Below are positions 8,911 through 19,068 of a DNA stretch of 64,000 nucleotides, piece by piece. The stretch is from Trypanosoma brucei (lineage: Eukaryota): positions 160,001-224,000 of the forward strand of contig CP000066.1 of the NCBI GenBank assembly GCA_000002445.1, given 5' to 3'. The position numbers were made by a program, and so were the translations under genes. Position 1 is the stretch's first letter. Each line of letters begins with the position of its first letter. The notes below the pieces were generated by a model that saw nothing but the letters and a program-made list of their open reading frames with translations, was not told the DNA's origin and searched no databases.

Positions 8911-10662
8911 CTAACTGTTGGAACCTTGGTTGTGCTCCCGGTGCTTCGCTAACAATGCTTTGATAGATGGGGAAACCGCTTGGGACCCGACGGAAGGTCC
9001 TACGCTGGCGAGTGTAGCGGGTGAGTTGCCCTGCGGGTGTGCCTTACCGAGAGAATTGGTATAAGTTTTATTCTCCGACGACTGAAAAGACGAAAGTTTA
9101 TATCGTGTTGAGTTGAGAAGTGTTGCCACCATGCCACCTTCCATTGGTGGGGGTTTGGCAAAATCGACCCCGCTCTTGCGTTGACTACCGGATGATCCAC
9201 AATTGGTAATATCTTTCCCCGGAGTCGCATTGCTTTGAAGTGAAGTGGAGCCGTGCTGCTTCTGCTGAGGATGGAGGCCCAACGTCTTCAACTCCCCGGC
9301 AAAATCGTCTATAAGTCCGTCTAAGTCTAACTCATCATTGTTAGAAGCGGGAGGAGGTTGCGCAACCGTCCTAGAAGGGATTTCTTTGTTATTTGAAGGA
9401 GAAAACTTTCCTGGCTTTGCCTCCGGTGGGAGAGGAGACGTCTTCATATTTGCAAGGGTCGTTTTTACATTTGAACCAAACTTCGGCTGAACGTCGGGTT
9501 TTCGATCGGAGGATTCGTTACTGGGACTGTACGAGTTCTGCTGCGGTACCACCGGTGGACTATTCGATGGACCTCCCGCCTTCGGTACCGCAGTTGTGGC
9601 CCCAACAGGTGGGCGATCCCCTTTTGTATCGGAATTCGGAACAACTGCACCTGACGGGGCGCTTTGCGGTCCGCTAGTGTGTTTCTTCAGTGCCTCTGCC
9701 ATCTGTTTTGGAACATTCGTTGGAGCGAAATTCTCTTCATCAACCCCAACATTAAAGTACGGATGTTGTAAACACTGCTGAGCAGTCGGCCGCCTCTTTG
9801 GGTCGTAATTCAACATTTGCTTCATCAAGTCCATGGCATGCGGTGGTACATGGGGCGGCATGACACGCTCTAAGCCCACACCATTGATGGAAGGAAAATT
9901 GTAACGAATCTTCTTTGCAAGAACCATACCATTGGGCCACACGCTTTCATTGGGTGATCCCAAAACGGCCATTATTTTATGCAGTTGGTCCACCTCGTTG
10001 CTACCCGCAAAGAGCGGGCGGGTGGTTATCATTTCCGCTATTATACAACCCACCGCCCATATGTCTACGGGGGAGCTGTAACATCTGTCTTGCAAAAGTA
10101 ATTCCGGTGCTCGATACCACCGTGTTGAAACATAATCCGTGTAGGGCGGCCGCGCTCGTATTTCCTTAACGAGACCAAAGTCAGCAAGCTTAACTATTTC
10201 CTGTGCGCTAGTGGATGGGTCCTTTCGTACCAGTAAATTTTCCGGTTTCATGTCTCTATGAAAGTACCCAGCGCGGTGTAAATACGCGAGCGACTGCAAA
10301 ATTTGAAATGTATAACTTTTGATTTTGGGGTATGCTAACGCAGGACCACTGGTTCCGGAGCCATAGCTCTGCATCTGTTTGGCTCTCCGAATAACACCCA
10401 GCAAATCCCCATCCATGAATTCAAAAACAAAAAACAATTCATTTTTCTCCCGAATCACCTCCCTCATTTTCACAATGTTGGGGTGGCCGTGCACACGACG
10501 CACAACAACAACCTCCGGGAGTTTCATGCATTCATCCCAGCTGTAATACTTTTGTTTCATTTTTTTAATAGCAACGAACTGACCTGATGACTTGTGCAAT
10601 GCCTTCACTACACACCCGAAGGTTCCATCTCCTAACTGATTGAGAAGTTGGTAGTTCTCCAT
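8911..10662 (-). CDS. CMGC-group Ser/Thr protein kinase (MAPK/CDK/RCK-like) with TDY activation loop and a ~280-aa low-complexity C-terminal extension
   Basis: Glycine loop GDGTFGCV, VAIK, HRDMKPENLL, DFG, activation loop PPYTDYVSTRWYRAPE, CMGC insert region. ATG start verified. C-terminal half is S/P/Q/N-rich. The architecture (ERK/CDK-like domain plus autoregulatory-type tail) resembles what has been described for T. brucei ECK1. That identity is from memory and not verified. Confidence 0.9.
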   Translation of the reverse strand: MENYQLLNQLGDGTFGCVVKALHKSSGQFVAIKKMKQKYYSWDECMKLPEVVVVRRVHGHPNIVKMREVIREKNELFFVFEFMDGDLLGVIRRAKQMQSYGSGTSGPALAYPKIKSYTFQILQSLAYLHRAGYFHRDMKPENLLVRKDPSTSAQEIVKLADFGLVKEIRARPPYTDYVSTRWYRAPELLLQDRCYSSPVDIWAVGCIIAEMITTRPLFAGSNEVDQLHKIMAVLGSPNESVWPNGMVLAKKIRYNFPSINGVGLERVMPPHVPPHAMDLMKQMLNYDPKRRPTAQQCLQHPYFNVGVDEENFAPTNVPKQMAEALKKHTSGPQSAPSGAVVPNSDTKGDRPPVGATTAVPKAGGPSNSPPVVPQQNSYSPSNESSDRKPDVQPKFGSNVKTTLANMKTSPLPPEAKPGKFSPSNNKEIPSRTVAQPPPASNNDELDLDGLIDDFAGELKTLGLHPQQKQHGSTSLQSNATPGKDITNCGSSGSQRKSGVDFAKPPPMEGGMVATLLNSTRYKLSSFQSSENKTYTNSLGKAHPQGNSPATLASVGPSVGSQAVSPSIKALLAKHREHNQGSNS

Positions 10663-11423
10663 GCTATTTATTTATGTGTATGGAAAAGTGAGGTGAGTTA
10701 TTTTTGCTTTTGTTCTTTTTGTTCCTTCCCTACTTCCTTCTCCTCCCTCTCTCTCTTTCTTCTCTTTGTTTTTTTTGTTTCTCTCCCTCACACACTTTCT
10801 ATTATTACTTTTTTCTTCCCCCTTCTTTTCTGGTATTCCTCTCCGTATGTGTATGAATAATATAAAGATATAATTATATCGGCGTTTCAAAAGAATTCCT
10901 TTTGCCACACCTTCTTTTTGGCGTCACGGAATGCTATGAAACACACGGCAAATAATATAATTGGCAACCCCCAGTTAATTTTCGCTCCAAGCGATTGTTT
11001 GAGGGATTCCTTAGAGAAAAAAAAAGAAAAAGGAAAAAAGAAAATAAAAATCAGTGCAGGAATATGTATCAGTTGTAAAAAAAAAGTAGAAAATGCATGA
11101 ACGTCACTATCACACAAAACAATAGGTTCTCAACCATATACATAATTATATATGTATATTTTGTTAGCATTTATATGTTTGTTTATGTTTTGAATTAATT
11201 TTTTTTCCACTATATTCTGTTTGGCTCTAAAAATAAAACATTTCCTCATGAATACGCCACACAGAAAAGATAAGAATTTCACCCAAGTAGAAACAAAGAA
11301 GAGAAGAGAAAAGAGGAAAGAGGAGGAGGGACACACACACACACACACAATCATTCCTATAGATGTACATGCAACCCTGTAGCTTAATAAATGTTTCTGA
11401 AACTAAACACACTTGCACATACG

Positions 11424-11460
<37 letters not shown>

Positions 11461-11634
11461 AGAATTGGAAAAAAATAACCAGGTAAATAAAGATAATAAT
11501 AATAATAATCATCATCATCGTCACTGAAAAAACAAACAAACAAACAACAAACAACACCGAATTCAACCACCTACGTATCGATCCTCCTACTAATCTAAAT
11601 AATAATAATAATAAATCAAATGCACTCCATAGTT

Positions 11635-11892
11635 TTATGGATGAAGCGAATGCGGATCCGGGGGCCATGCGCCTGCCAAACCTCCATGAGCGCCTGCAAT
11701 CAGTAAAGCACCAAATATAAAATTAGGAATCATATTGCTGATAGTCCACATCCCAAGTACATTAAATTGTGTTACAAAACTCTTTGGTTGATACACGGGT
11801 TTGGGGCCACTGAAATTCAAGGGGACAACACGTCCTTTTCCAATAGGTGCCACAATAGTGGAATATAAAGACGGTACGCTACGGCGTAACAT
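11635..11892 (-). CDS. Candidate small (85 aa) protein with mitochondrial-presequence-like N-terminus and a C-terminal TM helix
   Basis: ATG-initiated ORF of normal composition inside a 1.7-kb low-complexity spacer. MLRRSVPSLYSTIVAPIGKGR... is Arg/Ser-rich and amphipathic-looking. C-terminal IPNFIFGALLIAGAHGGLAGAW is a Gly-zipper-like helix. Same orientation as the array. Confidence 0.45.
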   Translation of the reverse strand: MLRRSVPSLYSTIVAPIGKGRVVPLNFSGPKPVYQPKSFVTQFNVLGMWTISNMIPNFIFGALLIAGAHGGLAGAWPPDPHSLHP

Positions 11893-12361
11893 ATCACGCA
11901 GCAGAGAGTAGTTCCTTAGAGATTATATTATAATAATATATATTTTTCTTCTCTTTTTTTTTGCTTCTTTTCTTATGCCAACAGATGCATTGCAAAACAA
12001 TAAACAAATAAATAAATGGACAGAAGATAGAAATAGATAAAAATAAAAATAAAAGTAACAAAAAAAAGAGGGGAAAGAAGGAAAAGAAAAGAGATGTAAA
12101 AGTAGTAGAAGCAGCAGAAGGGAGGGAAACTGACTAAGGTGAGTAATTTCTATCACCAATTAACAAATTTTATGTATATTATTGCGAGCGGACCGATCAC
12201 TACCAAATTTGCACATGCATACAGAAAGAGTTCAACCAACAAAGAAAAAAGAACCAAAATGAAAAAAAAATGAAAAAAAAAGAAGAAGAGATGTCAAACT
12301 ATGCGTAACGGAGTTATATGTAAACCCACGCATAATAATTTTCATATCTTTACACAATATA

Positions 12362-14359
12362 CTACACGATGTCGGCGTTACGTGGAGCTACGACTTCTCT
12401 CACTCCCAAAAGTGACTCCATGCCTTCATAAACTGAAGGAAGCACTTGGGAGTAAAATAATGATGCCGTAAGAATCCCAACACCATATGAAACCTCCAAC
12501 TGTACATCCGTACTGCAGAGCATCAATACGAAGAATTGACCCACATAATTTAGCGGTATCTCCACTACACCGACAGAAATGAGAAGAATCAACAACTGCT
12601 GCCAAGCTTTAGGAAAGTCTCGAAGGACATATTCCAAACCAATTAAATTAACACAGAAGGCAATAACAAAATAAAGTCCAAGTACCCAATGATAGAAATG
12701 ATGGAAACTCCACAGAATACCTCCATCAAAGCCTGTAGCAATATACATACAAACTTTGAGGTAATATCCACCAAGACAAAACACAACTAAAATTAAAAAT
12801 AGGCGCATCACGTAAGAAAGAAGAATGCAACAAGTGGGTACGCAAACGGGGTGACGCGCACTGCCATACGGCGACAAGGGAACACACTCAAGTACTAAAG
12901 TATATGGAGTTTTGCACTCAGCGCAAACTCGTCTATGTTCCACATTCGTTGTGGTGTTTCTCCACTTTTCTAAGCATTGCCTGTGGACATACTTTGATGT
13001 GCCATCGCAAGCGCAAGGAGAAAACAAATCCTCAACAGGATCGGTGCACCGGCATATTCGGCACAAATCACCGCTCTCACCATCATCACCATCATCATCA
13101 TCGTCATCAACACTATTATTATTATTATTATTGTTATTCCCATCAGTCCCTTGCGCCAAAGTGCCGCGCGTTCCTCCCTCACGTGTATTACCAGCGCCAA
13201 GTGTTTCCTCATCAGCAGAAATCAAAATAACACCTTCATCTTCTCGAGATCTACGGAACAAACGACGGATACGTTCAAGAAGCGTGCGTAATGTCGGTAA
13301 CAACAACTCAGTCCAAACTTCAACACCGGCTCGACGCAACGCTGCAAGAATTCGAAGAATTGGGAAACACGGGAGGTCATCACCTTCAACTTCCTCAAAA
13401 AGAACGGTACGTTGCCGTCCCTCCAATGGTACAGCCCGCCAAAGTCGCACACCCAACTCTTTTGTACCAATAACAAATGAAAAAAATATACATAAACATC
13501 CACCAAGCAGAAACAGAGATCCGGTAACTGACCCCGTCAACCACATGCGGAAATGAAACGCATCGGCAGGCGTACGTAACACAACCAAAATATCAACTTC
13601 ACATGCCGAGTCGGGTGGTAATGCAGCGGAAATCCGCAGGAGCCATGGCGTATTCCATGAAAGTGGATTATGCGGGTGATGAATAATCCTTCCACTAAAA
13701 CTTTCCAGCGGTATGTTTTTATAACTATCCGTATAGCGGAAACTGCTGGCCTGGACGCATTCATCAATTAATTCATTACAACTTTGAACAGCGTCGTGGC
13801 GCGGTCCTCCACCAAAAAAGGGCAAGTTTGATGATGCCGTACCTTCAATTGGAAATGGAAAGGTTAAATTGCTATTATTACCACCACTACCACCAGTTAC
13901 TGAAATGAAGCGTCGCACAGCTTCTTTATTTGTTGGCCCCAAAACGGAGTCTTTCCGCAATAAAGAAACGAAATGACTTTCCCATCCGCCACGAAATCGT
14001 AGCAGAATCGTGCCACCAAAATGAAGTAAAGAACACGAATCCACTTTGGGTGCTGCATCAGAGGAACTATTAAAAGGTGTGCAGAAGGGAATAAGAAATA
14101 GAAACTTTTTCACCTTCAAAACACGTTTCTCCTCAGTCCCGTAGTTGCTAAAATTAACAATTGCATGCAACGCAAATAAGCGCGCAGGATTCGGTCCCGC
14201 ATAAATGGTGCTACGCAAACCCAAATCTACATTACGCCACGTCGTAATGGAGAGAGTTTCGTTAAGTTTCGCATCGAAAAGAGCTAAAGACGGTTGAAAA
14301 GCAGCATCCGCAACACCTGCAACCGCACATACGGCAACAACAATAAAATATAAGAGCAT
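12362..14359 (-). CDS. RING-CH (RINGv/MARCH-type) E3 ubiquitin ligase-like polytopic membrane protein with a large N-terminal lumenal/extracellular domain
   Basis: C4HC3 RING-variant CRICRCTDPVEDLFSPCACDGTSKYVHRQCLEKWRN...CAECKTPY, followed by several TM helices. Caller start at 14425 is GTG; the first ATG at 14359 gives MLLYFIVVAVCAVAGVADA, a signal peptide. Contains an N8 and D-rich run (GNNNNNNNNSVDDDDDDGDDGE) just before the RING. Confidence 0.8.
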   Translation of the reverse strand: MLLYFIVVAVCAVAGVADAAFQPSLALFDAKLNETLSITTWRNVDLGLRSTIYAGPNPARLFALHAIVNFSNYGTEEKRVLKVKKFLFLIPFCTPFNSSSDAAPKVDSCSLLHFGGTILLRFRGGWESHFVSLLRKDSVLGPTNKEAVRRFISVTGGSGGNNSNLTFPFPIEGTASSNLPFFGGGPRHDAVQSCNELIDECVQASSFRYTDSYKNIPLESFSGRIIHHPHNPLSWNTPWLLRISAALPPDSACEVDILVVLRTPADAFHFRMWLTGSVTGSLFLLGGCLCIFFSFVIGTKELGVRLWRAVPLEGRQRTVLFEEVEGDDLPCFPILRILAALRRAGVEVWTELLLPTLRTLLERIRRLFRRSREDEGVILISADEETLGAGNTREGGTRGTLAQGTDGNNNNNNNNSVDDDDDDGDDGESGDLCRICRCTDPVEDLFSPCACDGTSKYVHRQCLEKWRNTTTNVEHRRVCAECKTPYTLVLECVPLSPYGSARHPVCVPTCCILLSYVMRLFLILVVFCLGGYYLKVCMYIATGFDGGILWSFHHFYHWVLGLYFVIAFCVNLIGLEYVLRDFPKAWQQLLILLISVGVVEIPLNYVGQFFVLMLCSTDVQLEVSYGVGILTASLFYSQVLPSVYEGMESLLGVREVVAPRNADIV

Positions 14360-14513
14360 TTCCCACAGGATGGGAGGGAGGAGAAAAAAAAAAACGATTG
14401 TTGAAATCCTTGCGAATTCGTACACAAATTTGTAAATGTAGAGATATGAGAAGTTTGAAGGAGAGAAAAAATAAAATAGAGAAAATAAAATGCACGAGAT
14501 ATGTAATCCAAAG

Positions 14514-14545
14514 CACAGACACAGACAGACAGACAGACAGACACA

Positions 14546-14578
<33 letters not shown>
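14514..14578. repeat. (ACAG)n followed by (TA)n microsatellite
   Basis: cacagacacagacagacagacagacagacagacacatatatgtatatatatatatatatatatatatat read directly. Confidence 0.9.
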
Positions 14579-16778
14579 GTTTGAGGGTATAAATATATAT
14601 ATTATTTTCCTTAAAGAAAAAGAAAAGAAAAATGCAAGTCAGCTGCACCCAACACGGGAGTTTACGCAGAAGCCACAAAAAAAAAATTGTTTGATTCACC
14701 TCCAGAAGAGAAAGGAAGAGAGACAAATAAAATTAAAATAAAGAAGAACTGCAGCGCGCATCCCTCCTATGGGTTTCAAACACATGAAATAACTAATAAA
14801 ATCAACACCCATGACCGCAATTTCCATCCTTTTGAGAATAAATACCGCCATGAGTTGATGTAAAGTCGCATTTGCCCGCCAGATTCAACAGGAAGTCGCA
14901 AAATATTGGGGGAAAAAGGCAAAAAAAAAGAGAAGAAACCTGCGCCAAAAAGTCGCGTCAACATCTTCAACTTTTTTTTTTGACATCATCTTCTCCCACA
15001 TTTCCTCCCTTTCCTTTTGGTTTTTTTTTTTCAGGCACACAAATGCGTGAGGTACGCGGCGTCACCGTGTGAGCGGGAGTAATAAAAATAAAAATAAATT
15101 CATTTCCCTTTAATTTTGACATGCAAATGTAAATAATACCTTCAGTACTGTATGAGAGATATTCCCAGCTACCAATTCATCATGTTCTACCAATACGGTA
15201 GTTGATGATAATTAATATCCATTTCATAAACTAAAGCTTGAAATAATTAAGAGGAGGGCCAAATTCTCCCTTCCTTCCTTCCTTCCTTCCCCACCCTCTT
15301 ATTCTTATTATTCTTCTTCTTCTCATCCTCCTCCCCCTTCTTCATTAATCAAAAAAAAAGAAAAAGGTAGGAAAAAAAGAAGAAAAAAAGAAAAGAAGAA
15401 AAATAAAACCAGAAATGCTGCAGAAGTTATGGTACAAGAAGTGCAAACAAACACAAATTGTATGAAGACAAGGGAGAGAGAGAGAGGGGGGGGGAGGGGG
15501 GTGATAATTAGAAAAAAAAGAGGGGAAGAAGAAGAAGAAAAAAAAAAGCAACAGAAGGAGTGAAATAGGAACACTCATCAGCATGCATTCATCGACATGT
15601 TCTTCAGTACGAACCACCAGGGAAATCTTGCTTTTTTTCTTTTTTTTTTGTGTTCGTGTTCGTGTTCGTGTTTGTGTGTGTTTGTTTTTTTTTTAAATCT
15701 TTTTTTGTTTTTTTTGTCTTCTTTTTCTTGTTGATTATGGTCCCTAAATATATATATGAAAATATATACTAATAATAATAATGATGGTGATAATGATAAT
15801 AATAATAATAGTAACAAAAACAAATATACGACAAAAAGAGGGGGGAAATAAAAAGAAAAGAAAAAAAACATGAAACTGTTCTCCTGCAGGCACACTCACA
15901 TACACAAACACACTAACAAACTTTTTTTATTCTTTTTTTTTTTTTAAAAGTCGTTTCAGTCGTTTCATCCTTTCTCCCTTTTTTTCCCCTTAAAACAAAA
16001 AACAAAAAATTTAACATTGTTTAATTCTTTTTCTTTTTCTTGTGATTTTCTTGTGAATTTGTTTTGTTTTTTTTGTGTGTTTTCCCTCATTTTATATTTT
16101 AAGTAACATTTCATTGAATTTGGAAAAAAAAAAATTCCCTTTTCCCCATCATCTCCGTTTCCTCACCTCTCATTATTATTATTATTATTTTCTTTTTTTT
16201 TTTCCTTCCCTCCCTCCCTCCTTCCCTCCCTTTTTCTTCCTCTTCCTCTTCTTTTTTTTTAAAAAAAATTTCTCTCTTTTGTTTTCATGTTTCGAGGGGC
16301 ATACGTGCCCACACTTTTCTCCTCTTTTTTTTTTCCACTTAACTTTCCTCTCCCATTTTTTTTTCTTTTTTTTTCTTTCCTTTTTTTTTCACTTTTTTCT
16401 CCCTGTACTTTTTTCTTTTCTTCTTTTTTTTTTCTTCTCAAAATCGTATATCTTTGTTGTTGTTGATGAAAGAAGGAGGAAGCATCACACAAAAAACAAA
16501 AAAAAAACAAAAAAATTTCAAGAATGAAAGAGGAAAAAAAAAGTAAAAGTAAAAGTAAAAGTAAAAAAAACAAAGAAAAGAAAGAACAACTTTCGGTGTT
16601 TCTAAAACTGAACTTCCCACAACGACAACCCGCCATTTATTTTTCTCTTTTTTTTTTTTTGCTTCTCTCTTTCTTTCTTTCTTTCTTTCTTTCTTTTCTT
16701 TCTTTCTTTTTTTTCCTTCAAGTGTATTTCTTCCCAAGTCGTACGGAACAGTTGTAAGAGCTCAAAAATAACGTTGCA

Positions 16779-17171
16779 TTATGCCATGGGCGGAACATCA
16801 TGTCCCACCTGTTGCATTTGCGAAGAATCCGGTCCGACAGAAGCCCGTAATTCACCAGGCCCATGCGCAAAAGCACATCTGTCACCCCAACTGCATTCTC
16901 CATTCTTTTCCCAATAAATACACATTTTAGTTTTGCGTTTCCCCTGATCAATACCATTACGACCACCACGGCCACCACGACCGCCACGATTCCCACCAGC
17001 TACCATCACCGGATCATAATATCCGCCAAACGAATAGCCGACAGTTTCTGGTAAATTCCAATGCGTTGTCTTAGTATTATGATCCAAATAATAAGGCTGT
17101 CCATTTGCGGTGTATGCTATTTGCCAACCTGCTGGAAGAAGAGGCGGATTTACTGCAAAATAGCCCTGCAT
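16779..17171 (-). CDS. ZFP3: Small RNA-binding protein with a WW domain, an RGG box and a CCCH zinc finger (ZFP3-like)
   Basis: WW domain LPAGWQIAYTANGQPYYLDHNTKTTHWNLP. RGG repeats GNRGGRGGRGGRNG. C-x8-C-x5-C-x3-H finger CIYWEKNGECSWGDRCAFAH. 130 aa. ATG and stop verified on sequence. The domain order matches the T. brucei ZFP family. The ZFP3 name is from memory. Confidence 0.8.
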   Translation of the reverse strand: MQGYFAVNPPLLPAGWQIAYTANGQPYYLDHNTKTTHWNLPETVGYSFGGYYDPVMVAGGNRGGRGGRGGRNGIDQGKRKTKMCIYWEKNGECSWGDRCAFAHGPGELRASVGPDSSQMQQVGHDVPPMA

Positions 17172-18110
17172 GTCTTATTATTATTATTATTGTTGTTGTT
17201 GTTGTTGTTGTTTTTTGTTTTGTTTTGTTTTTTGTTTTCCTCCGATGTGGTTTTATATATCGTGTGCGTGTGGTGCGTTTTCGTGTATTACAAGTGGCGT
17301 GGCGGGCTCCGTGCTGTTAATGAATAGAACAACAAAAAAAAAAAAGAGAGACAAAACAAACCAAAACAAAAACAAAATGAAAACTAAACAAAAAAATCCC
17401 TAGTGTTTAACACTTTTTCCCTTCACCCTTTATAGCTTATAATTTAGTAGTTAGTTCTTATATTAAAGAGGCGAGAGGAGCTCTAAAAATAAAATAAAAT
17501 GTTAACGGCAGCAGAGCAAAAGACAAAAGAAGAGAGAATAAAATAAAAGAAAAAAAACAGTAAGCGTAGAAATAGCACAAATTTACACATAAATGAGGGA
17601 AAAGGAAAGGAAAGGAAAGGAAATGCAAGAAAGAAAGAAAGAAATCAAAACAACAAAGTAATTTTTTTTAAAAAAAGCAAAGAAAAAAAAAAAAGAAAGG
17701 TCAATGAAAGGAAAAGAGAGGAAAGGAAAGAAATCTACAGGCCGAGTAAAGCAAATCCATAAAAATTACATACATCCACAAGAAGGAATATGTATCACAA
17801 CTTCACTCCCCCCCCTCCCTAAATGCACATGCACACAAACATACACAACTTATGTATACATCAAGTTCAACACTCCAACAAAACCGCTCAATAGACAAAC
17901 ATCTGAGGTTTATTAAACTTCTTAGATATCTTCTTCTTTTTATTTTTTGTTTTTGTTTTTGATGTTGATGTCGCTGTTGATGTTGTTTTCGCTTTCCCCC
18001 TTCATTCACTTACTCAGGCTACCAATACAAACACACACATAACCTCCTCCTCCCTCCCTCCCCTGTAAACATATACGAGCCGCGGATGCGTAACGTACGC
18101 ATCTCATCAA

Positions 18111-19022
18111 TTAAACTTGAAAAGAGTAGATGCCCAGCGCGGGACGTTGGTATCGCATCGTTTCTACAAAAACTAATAAAGGATCTTGCGTTAATGCAGA
18201 TTGCGGCATCGAGAGATCTTTCTTCCCTGGTCTGAGTCGCCGCCTCTTATGTGCATTAATGTCACCAAGCACATAAGGTTTCACCGTACCAACAGTAGCA
18301 TCGAAAAGCAGTTTTTTTTCCATTATTTTATAAGGAACGGGAACCTCCGCCTGTATTGCCTGTTTAGCTTTATCCGCCACTTCCCTCGGATCCTCCTCCA
18401 ATGCTCGCACTACCAAAGGCAAATTTGTCGGCCCTCGTGTTGGCAGTGCAATTTTTGTTGGACGGTAAGCTTTTGAATCATTGGCCCGCCTTCTTGCCAT
18501 TTCCTCCAAAGTATTGAAACGGTGTTCCTCATTTGGATCACGCGGTGGCATCATTCTGGAAGCCACATTATACCGATGCACAGCACCATTTGCATAAGGC
18601 CTCCAACGACTAGAAAGTGTTACTTTTCCTTTACGTCTGCATTGCTCCTGTACTGTGGGTGAAGGAGTATATGGCATTGCACATCGCAAATAAGGACGAT
18701 CTGGGCTACTGGCTTGAGATACGGGTTGTTGTTCCTCCATTCCAACTTGCATTAAAGAATTTACAGGAAGACGTCTCTCGGATTGCGGTTCCTTATCTTT
18801 ACATGACGACTCACAACGAAGAGGTGATGCTTTATTGTACTCATTGTAAGTTGTCGTTGTTGTTGTTGCTGCTGCTGCGCCATAAACAGTAGGAATACAA
18901 CTGCGTTGTGTGGTATTTGTTATGCAATTAATAATAGTGCTTCGTGGGAAAGGAGCCGCATATAAACTGTCCCCTGCACTGCTCGATCTACTGCTCACAC
19001 GTGTTTCCTCTTCCTCTTCCAT
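18111..19022 (-). CDS. Hypothetical protein (303 aa)
   Basis: ATG-initiated (MEEEEETRVSS...). Ordinary composition apart from a poly-T/A run. Array orientation. No recognisable domain. Confidence 0.55.
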   Translation of the reverse strand: MEEEEETRVSSRSSSAGDSLYAAPFPRSTIINCITNTTQRSCIPTVYGAAAATTTTTTYNEYNKASPLRCESSCKDKEPQSERRLPVNSLMQVGMEEQQPVSQASSPDRPYLRCAMPYTPSPTVQEQCRRKGKVTLSSRWRPYANGAVHRYNVASRMMPPRDPNEEHRFNTLEEMARRRANDSKAYRPTKIALPTRGPTNLPLVVRALEEDPREVADKAKQAIQAEVPVPYKIMEKKLLFDATVGTVKPYVLGDINAHKRRRLRPGKKDLSMPQSALTQDPLLVFVETMRYQRPALGIYSFQV

Positions 19023-19068
19023 ATGTATATATATATATATATATATTTATATATTTATATATATATAT
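19021..19068. repeat. (TA)n / (TATATT)n microsatellite
   Basis: atatgtatatatatatatatatatatttatatatttatatatatatat read directly. Confidence 0.9.

Noticed and set aside
14262-16760. Many 60-150-aa ORFs on both strands (e.g. 14262..14726-, 15578..15895-, 16075..16527+, 16259..16636-)
   Set aside because: Translations are homopolymeric (poly-F/L/S/K/E). They derive from CT-, GA- and A/T-rich microsatellite spacer and overlap each other in multiple frames.
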